A DNA stretch of 41,839 nt, taken from IMG/VR virus record IMGVR_UViG_3300044994_000073, one strand, 5' to 3'. The notes under the pieces are model-generated. The model worked only from the letters and a program-made list of their open reading frames with translations. It searched no databases and was not told the DNA's origin. Each line of letters starts with the position of its first letter. Within the stretch, counting starts at the first letter, position 1. This DNA comes from a virus. Shown here one piece after another: positions 34,733 through 41,696 of the stretch. The position numbers were made by a program, and so were the translations under genes.

Positions 34733-36681
34733 CACCGCCGAAGTTTTCCGCCCCGGTAGATGGGGCCCTGTGGATGGTGTCCCAAGGCTTCCGGGTCTTT
34801 CCATGTAAGCCGAGAGCTAAAACGCCTCTCGTAAAAGATTGGGCTGCGTGGTCTTCAGAGGCCACAGAGCAGACCATCATCGAGTTTGCTTCTCGCAATC
34901 CCGGCTGTAATTGGGCCATCGCTCTTGACTCCGAGCACATCGTATTGGACATCGATGACGGGCTCAAACCGTCATCGACTGGCTTCAAGCGCACACACGG
35001 AAAAGCGAACCTGCGCAATAAACTCACCGGCATAGCGAACCCTTTGCCGAAAACTTTGATAGTTAAAACGCCGTCTGGCGGTTTGCATTTGTATTACCGG
35101 GGGCACGGAAAAAATACCGCGTCCGTGATATGCCAAGACGTGGACACCAAGACAGCGGGCGGGTATGTGTTGGCCCCTGCCAGTGTCGGAATCAGGCATG
35201 AGTCCGAAGACGATTTTGACGGCACATCGGCATATTACGAGATAGAGAACACGGGCCCCATTGTTGAAGCCCCGCAGTGGCTCAGTGATGCGTTTGATTC
35301 AACCACCAAAAAAGACACGGCTCCGGTGCTGCCAGAGCGAGTCCACCAAGGCTCCCGCAATCACACTCTTGCAAGCTTAGCTGGCTCTATTCGAGCCCGC
35401 GGCGCAAATTATGAGACCGTGCTCGCCGCTCTGGAGGCGTTCAATAAGACTCAAATTGAGCCGCCGCTGAGCCAATACGAAGTCGAGGCCGTAGCACGGA
35501 GCGTGTCGAGGTATGAGCCGCAGCACGCCAAAGTCGCTGCGGAGTTCACGGTCACGGCTGAAGAGCCGTGGTCATTCCGCAGAGTTTGCGACATCCGACC
35601 CGCGGATATACCGCCCCGTGACTGGGTGCTTGCCGATTGCTACCTAGGCAAATTTATCACGGTGCTTGTTTCGCCGGGCGGCGTAGGCAAATCGACTATC
35701 GGGTTGCTTGACGCCCTATCAATCGCCACTGGCGAGCCGCTATCCGGACACGCAGTGATCAAACAGGGCGGCGTGCTGATATACAACGCCGAAGACCCGC
35801 TGGACGAGTTGGAACGCCGAGCCGCAGCAATGGCTCAGCACCACAACATCAAACTCGCGGACATCCCGAACGTGCATCTCTTATCCGGGCGGTCCAAACC
35901 AATCGTGTTCGCCAAGCCGGATAGCAACGGCGACACCGTGATAAACGAAGACGCGATCAAGCGTCTAGCCGATTGGATGGTGAAAAACGGCATCGTGTGG
36001 GCCGCGTTTGATCCTTTCGTCCGGACACACGGAGTCAACGAAAACGACAACCGGGCAATCGACAAAGTAGCGCAGGCCTACCAACTGCTAGCCGAATTAA
36101 CGGGCTCAAGCATAGCGATTGTGCACCACACCAACAAAGGCGCGGCCAACGCCGAAGACTCCGCCAGTGCGAACCACGCCCGCGGCGCAAGCGCACTGGT
36201 CAATGCCGCCAGAATCGCGCACGTCCTGACCAACATGCGCGATCCGGGAGAAGCGACCAAAGCAGGCTTTCCACCGGAGATGTATAGGTGGTATTTCAAA
36301 CGAGAAAACGCCAAAGCGAACCTAAGCGCGCCAGCGGACAAGGCCGAATGGTATAAACGAGTCAGCTGCCAGCTTCCAAATGGCGAAACTGTGGGTGTCT
36401 GCGAGCGAGCGCAAACAGCCGCTCTGGTTGTCATGGAACGCGAACGTCTGCTCAACGGAATCCGTGAACGGGCCCAGCTGCAGTGCAAACCGGGAGCCGG
36501 AGCGGTGCCCTACAGCCGTTTGCATCCCTACGTATCGAACAGTGCGAAAGCAAAAGCCGACATCATCGAAGCCCTCAGAGGCCGCAGAGAGTATCGGTGC
36601 GTAGATGCTGGCGTGATCCGGCTCACCGATACGGAAATCCATAATGCCGCGATTGTCGAAGCCATGAATGACTTTCTGTGA
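34729..36681 (+). CDS. Bifunctional primase-polymerase (prim-pol) / PriCT / RepA-like P-loop helicase
   Basis: Prim-pol motifs IALDSEHIVLDIDD, SGGLHLYY, GGYVLAPAS. PriCT-like SRNHTLASLAGSIRARG. Walker A SPGGVGKST. Confidence 0.88.
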   Translation: MTPPKFSAPVDGALWMVSQGFRVFPCKPRAKTPLVKDWAAWSSEATEQTIIEFASRNPGCNWAIALDSEHIVLDIDDGLKPSSTGFKRTHGKANLRNKLTGIANPLPKTLIVKTPSGGLHLYYRGHGKNTASVICQDVDTKTAGGYVLAPASVGIRHESEDDFDGTSAYYEIENTGPIVEAPQWLSDAFDSTTKKDTAPVLPERVHQGSRNHTLASLAGSIRARGANYETVLAALEAFNKTQIEPPLSQYEVEAVARSVSRYEPQHAKVAAEFTVTAEEPWSFRRVCDIRPADIPPRDWVLADCYLGKFITVLVSPGGVGKSTIGLLDALSIATGEPLSGHAVIKQGGVLIYNAEDPLDELERRAAAMAQHHNIKLADIPNVHLLSGRSKPIVFAKPDSNGDTVINEDAIKRLADWMVKNGIVWAAFDPFVRTHGVNENDNRAIDKVAQAYQLLAELTGSSIAIVHHTNKGAANAEDSASANHARGASALVNAARIAHVLTNMRDPGEATKAGFPPEMYRWYFKRENAKANLSAPADKAEWYKRVSCQLPNGETVGVCERAQTAALVVMERERLLNGIRERAQLQCKPGAGAVPYSRLHPYVSNSAKAKADIIEALRGRREYRCVDAGVIRLTDTEIHNAAIVEAMNDFL

Positions 36682-36703
36682 GCCAATTCAAGACGTGGGC
36701 AAC

Positions 36704-36747
36704 AAAAAAGACCCGGCAGCGATAAGCCGCCGGGTCTTTCCGTTTTT
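36704..36747. terminator. Bidirectional intrinsic terminator between convergent operons
   Basis: A6, then 8-bp GC stem GACCCGGC / GCCGGGTC (36710-36717 / 36729-36736), then TTTCCGTTTTT. Confidence 0.75.
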
Positions 36748-36758
36748 GCAGTGATGCG

Positions 36759-36947
36759 TTACTTGATTCGACCGCTAGCTTTCAGCGCGGCCAGTCCGGA
36801 CTCAACTGCTGCGGATACCTCGCAACGATACGATTGAGCCTGACTGCGGCGCACGGCCCGCTTGGTGGAGCTGCTGGCACCGGAATTCAGCACGCGGCGT
36901 TCGGAAGCTTCACGGTTGATTTTAACGATTTCTTGCAGACCATACAT
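36759..36947 (-). CDS. Small basic hypothetical protein (62 aa), last gene of the early operon
   Basis: GAAAGGAACCACCACCATG initiation region like other early genes. Followed by the terminator. Confidence 0.5.
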   Translation of the reverse strand: MYGLQEIVKINREASERRVLNSGASSSTKRAVRRSQAQSYRCEVSAAVESGLAALKASGRIK

Positions 36948-36976
36948 GGTGGTGGTTCCTTTCTGTTTTGTTTGTT

Positions 36977-37717
36977 TTATTTTCTGACTTTCGCCAGAAA
37001 AGCCTCATCCGTCAAAGAGCCTGCGAACCCGCATTTTTCGACCTTGGAATCGCCGAATTTAGCGGTCTTCAGATTGCATTTGACAAAACTACAATAGGCT
37101 ACCGAAGCGAGCTCGAAAGTCGAGCTGTCAAATCCGCATTTGAAAAAGTCGGTGCCCCTAAGTCCGGCCCGCGAAAAATTCACACCGCCGAATCCGCAGA
37201 AGTCAAACAACGAGTCGTAAATCGAAGCGAAGCACAGGTCCGCCCCATTAAACAGCGTGCTCCTGAAATTGCTGAATTCCAGCAAGCAGCCAATAAGTTT
37301 TGCGCTCAAAAAATTCCCGCGCTTTCCGGAGAAATCGCGGAAATCCGCATTTTCAAGGTCCGCATACTCGAACACGGATTCGTTTGATTTTGCGCCGTAA
37401 AACGATGTTTTGCGAGCGACCGCGGTAGTAAAATTCACATGCTCAAGTGAGGCGTCTTTGAACGTGGCCCCGGAAATATCGGAGCCCTCAAATGAAGCGT
37501 GCTTAATGATCGCGCCTTTAAGATTCGCATCGGTCAGCTTACAACCCTTAAATGACACGCCGAGAAGATAGCTACCAGACAGGTCAACACCACTAAGTCC
37601 GGTATATTCCAAATCAATTTTGTTTCTGATAGCGTCTTTTACGGCGGCGGTGAAGTCAACGGCTTCAACGGAATAAACGATTTGCCCAGTGCGGATATTG
37701 TAGATTGATTGGTTCAT
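36977..37717 (-). CDS. Pentapeptide-repeat protein 1 (246 aa)
   Basis: Continuous A(D/N)LXX-type repeats (GVDLSGSYLLGVSFKGCKLTDANLKGAIIKHASFEGSDISGATFKDASLEHVNF...). Short N-terminal cap IRTGQIVYSVEAVDFTAAVKDAI. Confidence 0.9.
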   Translation of the reverse strand: MNQSIYNIRTGQIVYSVEAVDFTAAVKDAIRNKIDLEYTGLSGVDLSGSYLLGVSFKGCKLTDANLKGAIIKHASFEGSDISGATFKDASLEHVNFTTAVARKTSFYGAKSNESVFEYADLENADFRDFSGKRGNFLSAKLIGCLLEFSNFRSTLFNGADLCFASIYDSLFDFCGFGGVNFSRAGLRGTDFFKCGFDSSTFELASVAYCSFVKCNLKTAKFGDSKVEKCGFAGSLTDEAFLAKVRK

Positions 37718-37741
37718 GGTTTTATCACGGTTAAGAGTTTG

Positions 37742-38491
37742 TTAAGTGGAAGATTTTTTAAGTGCCTCGCCATCGATCAGTGCATCGGTGAAATCGGCGT
37801 TGGCTGTATCAGATTTACGCAAATTGGAGCCTCGCAAATCGGCACGAATGAACGTCGCATTGGTGAGGCCCGCATACTCGAAATTGCACTCGTAAAAGTC
37901 ACCGCCCGGAGCGTAGGCACCTTCCAGCTCCGCGCCGCTGAAGTTGCACTGAGCGGCGTCAATGCCGCCGATGTAAGCACCGGTCAGATCGGCTGACTCA
38001 AAATTCGCACGGCAGCAAATAGCGCGGCAGAAATTAGCATCGGCCAGATTAGAGCGGGCAAAATCCGCACTAATTGCGCGCGACTTCTCAAAAGTGGAGC
38101 CGCTCAAATCGCCGTCTGAGAACGTGCAGAGTTCAAGATCGGAGTCAAAAAAGCTGGCGTTTTTCGCGGACACAAACGACAAGTCAGAGTCATACAAACA
38201 CGCATTGGCCAGATTCGCCCGGTCAAGATTTGTCCGAATCAGTGAAGCAGCTTCCAGATTCGCACCAGCCAGATCGGAATCCTTCAAATTGCATCCATCG
38301 AGATTGGCTCTGTAGAAGTCCGCTCCGACCAAATATAGTTTGCTCAGATCGAGCCCCTGCAGCCGGGCATAGCGAAAACTGACGCCCTTCTTAACCGCGC
38401 TCTCGATGTCTTTTCTCAGATGGTTCGGCGTAGTCACCAGAATCGGCTGACCAGAAGGTCCGCCAAGTATCGTTATTTTTTCGTCGTTCAT
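37742..38491 (-). CDS. Pentapeptide-repeat protein 2 (249 aa)
   Basis: ARLQGLDLSKLYLVGADFYRANLDGCNLKDSDLAGANLEAASLIRTNLDRANLANACLYDSDL... ATG at 38491 with an SD-like AAGAAAG. The longer tracked start overlaps PRP3. Confidence 0.9.
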   Translation of the reverse strand: MNDEKITILGGPSGQPILVTTPNHLRKDIESAVKKGVSFRYARLQGLDLSKLYLVGADFYRANLDGCNLKDSDLAGANLEAASLIRTNLDRANLANACLYDSDLSFVSAKNASFFDSDLELCTFSDGDLSGSTFEKSRAISADFARSNLADANFCRAICCRANFESADLTGAYIGGIDAAQCNFSGAELEGAYAPGGDFYECNFEYAGLTNATFIRADLRGSNLRKSDTANADFTDALIDGEALKKSST

Positions 38492-38543
38492 GGTTTTGTG
38501 CTTCTTTCTTGATTGTTTCAGTTGTTTAGGTTGTTGCGTTTGA

Positions 38544-39083
38544 CTACAAAAGTGCGTTTTCGAATATCGCTCCTTCAATCTGAGACCGATCGAGGTCCGC
38601 ATCTTCTAGGCAAGCTCCACGGAAAATGCACCCACGTAAATCAGCTCCGGTGAGTTTAGCACCAGTAAGATCGGCACCGGAAAAATCAGAGCAGCACAGT
38701 ATCGCGCCGGTAAAATTGGCCCCGGCCAATATGGAGCCCCGGAAGTCCACAAACCGGGCCTGACAAACTGACAGGCACGCCAGCCGGAGATTCGCTCCAA
38801 CAAATTCCGCGTTTTCAATGTCCGCGTTGTAAAGATCGGCGGACTCAAGATTCGCGCCTGCAAACAACGCCCGCCGAAGTGAGCTGTCTTGGAGCTGGCA
38901 GTTGCGCAGATCGGCGGCTATTAGGTTCCCGCTATTGGCAACCACACCGGCTAGGCTCTGGTTTTTTAGATCGACACCCGCTAAACTGATGCCTCTATGG
39001 ACTGCTGCGGTGATTGACTCTGCAAGCCCGCCGTCAAATTTGAACACGGGCTGGCCCCATTTAGATTTAAGTTTTGTTGTCAT
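38544..39083 (-). CDS. Pentapeptide-repeat protein 3 (179 aa)
   Basis: GVDLKNQSLAGVVANSGNLIAADLRNCQLQDSSLRRALFAGANLESADLYNADIENAEFVGANLRLACL... Confidence 0.9.
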   Translation of the reverse strand: MTTKLKSKWGQPVFKFDGGLAESITAAVHRGISLAGVDLKNQSLAGVVANSGNLIAADLRNCQLQDSSLRRALFAGANLESADLYNADIENAEFVGANLRLACLSVCQARFVDFRGSILAGANFTGAILCCSDFSGADLTGAKLTGADLRGCIFRGACLEDADLDRSQIEGAIFENALL

Positions 39084-39120
39084 GTGATTTGTTTTGTAAG
39101 TTATACGGTTTTGCGCTTGT

Positions 39121-39345
39121 TTACTCTTGGTCGGAATCTACTGGCAAAATGCACTCAACAAACTCCGACACTGGCAGATACCACCCGAACGAAAGCACGG
39201 AGGAATGTGCAGCATCGTGGTAGCCAAGTGCGGTCAAAAACTTAATTACCCGCCCGAATTCGTAATCCGGTAATTCGCAGATCGGGGTGTCCTCATACTC
39301 ATTGATGAGGTGCTCCGCTATGTTTTTCGCTTTTTCGATGTTCAT
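39121..39345 (-). CDS. Small acidic hypothetical protein (74 aa)
   Basis: AAGGAAAAGCAAACACCATG initiation region. Its start overlaps the upstream stop. Confidence 0.6.
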   Translation of the reverse strand: MNIEKAKNIAEHLINEYEDTPICELPDYEFGRVIKFLTALGYHDAAHSSVLSFGWYLPVSEFVECILPVDSDQE

Positions 39346-39599
39346 GGTGTTTGCTTTTCCTTGGTTGTGTTTTCGCTTGTTTGCTCTTGGCCAATTTTTT
39401 CGGCCCATTCCAATAGAGCTTGCCGCAGAGCTTCTTTCGGGTTGAGACGCTTGCGCCTCACTCTCAATTTTGCGATCGCTTTTGATTGTTTCTTTATCAG
39501 CCCCTTCGCTGGCCATACTTGCAGCTCGAAGCCGGAGCGGCGTTCTTCTATGCGCAAAAGAAGCCAATCTACCTTATTTTCTACCTGATCAGGGTTCAT
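39342..39599 (-). CDS. Small basic hypothetical protein (85 aa)
   Basis: GAAAGGAAAGAAAATACCATG initiation region. Confidence 0.6.
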   Translation of the reverse strand: MNPDQVENKVDWLLLRIEERRSGFELQVWPAKGLIKKQSKAIAKLRVRRKRLNPKEALRQALLEWAEKIGQEQTSENTTKEKQTP

Positions 39600-39642
39600 G
39601 GTATTTTCTTTCCTTTCTTTTGTAGGTGTGTTCTTTGTCTGT

Positions 39643-39927
39643 TCAGTCGATGTCAAAGTCTAGGGTGGCCCCAAATCCGGCGTTCCGAAAAACCCGGCAC
39701 TTGGAGCCGGGCGTGATGGCTTGGAGCACTTTTTCGAGTGCCCGGATGCTCTTGATGAAGTGGAACTCGCCGTCCACTTTGACGGTGAACTTGACCATGG
39801 GGTCAATCTCAACCCGCCTCGCAACGGCGGCTTTCGCCGCTGCGATGAGTGGCTTGGTGTCAACTCCAACGCAGCCGCTGGGGAGTTGAACCTGATTGAG
39901 TTCGAATATCTGGTTAATGGTGTTCAT
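39643..39927 (-). CDS. Hypothetical protein (94 aa)
   Basis: ORF in the operon with an ACCATGAAC start context. Confidence 0.6.
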   Translation of the reverse strand: MNTINQIFELNQVQLPSGCVGVDTKPLIAAAKAAVARRVEIDPMVKFTVKVDGEFHFIKSIRALEKVLQAITPGSKCRVFRNAGFGATLDFDID

Positions 39928-39942
39928 GGTGGTTGTGGGTGG

Positions 39943-40362
39943 TTATTTGACGATGTAGGGAGAAAGCCAGAAAGCCGGGTTAAATTTTCCACCGAACTCC
40001 TGCAAGTATTCCGGAGTCCTAGCCACAAGAGACTCTTCAATGTGGCCATCGTTGAATATGACCCGAGCGGCAATCGCTTTCTGATCGACCAATCCGGAGA
40101 GACACTCGCAAATCAGTTTGTGGGCCTCATCGGAATTGAGATTGACCGGAACCGTGAACGCTACAGCCAAAGTCTCTTCAGTTTCGCCGTTATGAGACTG
40201 AACGGAAAGCCGCTTGGCTATCTCACGCCAGCCTTTGCGACGCTGTAGGGCCCGCCGGAGCGATTTGAGCGATTTGTTTACACGCTCACGGAGCGGTAAG
40301 AGCGGTTTGTTTTCCGGGTTGATGCCCGGCTGGAGTCCGATGTTAATTTCGATAGCGGTCAT
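39943..40362 (-). CDS. Hypothetical protein (139 aa)
   Basis: CGAAAGGCAAACACCATG initiation region. Confidence 0.6.
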   Translation of the reverse strand: MTAIEINIGLQPGINPENKPLLPLRERVNKSLKSLRRALQRRKGWREIAKRLSVQSHNGETEETLAVAFTVPVNLNSDEAHKLICECLSGLVDQKAIAARVIFNDGHIEESLVARTPEYLQEFGGKFNPAFWLSPYIVK

Positions 40363-40463
40363 GGTGTTTGCCTTTCGTTGTGTTACGTGAGTCAATGTAA
40401 CAGCTTTTCATTTCAGCGCAAGAGAAAAATTCAAAATTTTTTTGAAAATTTTTCGGCTCCGAC

Positions 40464-41231
40464 TTAAAATATTGAATCTGAAGCACTTACAGAGCTGCTG
40501 TTCTCCGTATGAGTCGTTATATTTGCGGGTGGCCACGTGGTCAACTGCGGATTCTGACGAACCCATGCCGCGCATGAGTCTATCCATGACCACATCAGCC
40601 CGACTTCCGGCCAGATTCCCGGCTTACGCAGAGAGTAGGGCAAACTCGCACGCTGTTCCGGCGATAGAGGTAACGCCACAGAGCAACCCGCAGTTGCATC
40701 ACGAAGCGCATCAGCACCGCCGCAAAGCCACTGAAGAGCATCCAGCCACTGATGCAATGTCCATCGGATGGTCTTTGGCAATCCGTGGTGCTCTTTCGAT
40801 TCGATGGTGGATTCCGCCCGGGTCCAGCAGACCCACTGAAGCGGTTTAACGTCCACAAGTAGCTTGTCTGCCCACAAAGGCCTTGGGTGCCTCAAAACAA
40901 TCGGCATCCCGGTTCGGTAGTCTATGGCTAGGGGGACCACGCCGTCCGGGTGCTCCGCAGAGAACAGAGCCAGCCATTGACTGCGACGCAGCGCGGAGTA
41001 GCGGTAGTGCTCTTTTTGACGCCCGGACATGTTCTCCAGATCGGCACTGCTGGCCAGCAGTCCGGATTGATGCGACTTGCGGGCCCGGTAACGTCGCATC
41101 CGCTCTGCGGTCTTGGCACGTTGCCGTTGTTTTTGCTCCATGTTCGGGTCGGCTTTTAGTAGTTCACGGATTGCCGCCAACGTGTCGGGGTCCGCCGCGG
41201 CAATGGCGGACAAGAGCTGATTAGGTGTCAT
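40464..41231 (-). CDS. First early protein (255 aa), Trp-rich, with N-terminal basic motif AERMRRYRARK
   Basis: Long ORF directly downstream of the candidate early promoter. No recognisable enzymatic motif. Confidence 0.6.
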   Translation of the reverse strand: MTPNQLLSAIAAADPDTLAAIRELLKADPNMEQKQRQRAKTAERMRRYRARKSHQSGLLASSADLENMSGRQKEHYRYSALRRSQWLALFSAEHPDGVVPLAIDYRTGMPIVLRHPRPLWADKLLVDVKPLQWVCWTRAESTIESKEHHGLPKTIRWTLHQWLDALQWLCGGADALRDATAGCSVALPLSPEQRASLPYSLRKPGIWPEVGLMWSWIDSCAAWVRQNPQLTTWPPANITTHTENSSSVSASDSIF

Positions 41232-41696
41232 ACAGAGCCCATTATTGGCCAGCTGTAGTGCAAAGTCAACCTATAACATCGCTATTACAGCAGGTTGACC
41301 GTTGTAACGATTGCTAGTTTTTCGGCTCTTTCTGCGGAACTAGCGATGTTACGCGAAAACTAGCAAAAGCTAGCCGTTACGCTCGTAACGCTGCAAGTTT
41401 TTCGCTATTACAACAAGTAACATTGCTATTTTTTGAATGTTACGTTTTTAACTGCAGGACTAGCACGTTACGCACTATGAAAAACGGCATTTTTTTGTTA
41501 GGCGTAACAAGTTTTTCGCTAGTTTTTGCAAGTCTATTTTTGAGAATAAAAGCAAGTAACACCAGAAGCGGCTTGCGTTCTTTTCATGTAAAACGCTAGT
41601 TCTCATCGGTGTCCTTCGGACACTCTCTGCGCCGTGCCGTTACGTTACGGCACCGGCGCGGCGAGTAGAGGACACCGTGATGCAGCAGCCAGCAGC
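41232..41696. promoter_or_regulatory. Non-coding, AT-rich, repeat-dense control region (candidate early promoter cluster / origin / packaging region)
   Basis: No credible ORF. 12 GTWAC pentamers, 3 CTAGC-N0-3-GTTACGC composites, repeated CGCTATTACA, AACATYGCTATT and AGTTTTTCG words, and GC hairpins at 41609-41653. Confidence 0.7.
41241..41269 (-). promoter_or_regulatory. Candidate sigma70-type early promoter giving a near-leaderless transcript
   Basis: Minus strand: TTGACT (41264-41269), 17-nt spacer, AATAAT (41241-41246). The ATG at 41231 is 9 nt after the -10. Confidence 0.45.

Noticed and set aside
39346-39567. Long form of ORF 39121-39567, and the long forms 38492-38602, 40363-40395 and 30449-30604
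   Set aside because: The extensions overlap the upstream gene in another frame. Internal ATGs with SD-like GAAAGG and the shared ACCATG context give non-overlapping genes.
41477-41599. 40-aa hydrophobic ORF (MKNGIFLLGVTSFSLVFASLFLRIKAS...) in the control region
   Set aside because: It has no SD. T-rich non-coding DNA naturally translates to Phe/Leu-rich peptides, and it overlaps the repeat words. I keep it only as a remote possibility for a small membrane peptide.
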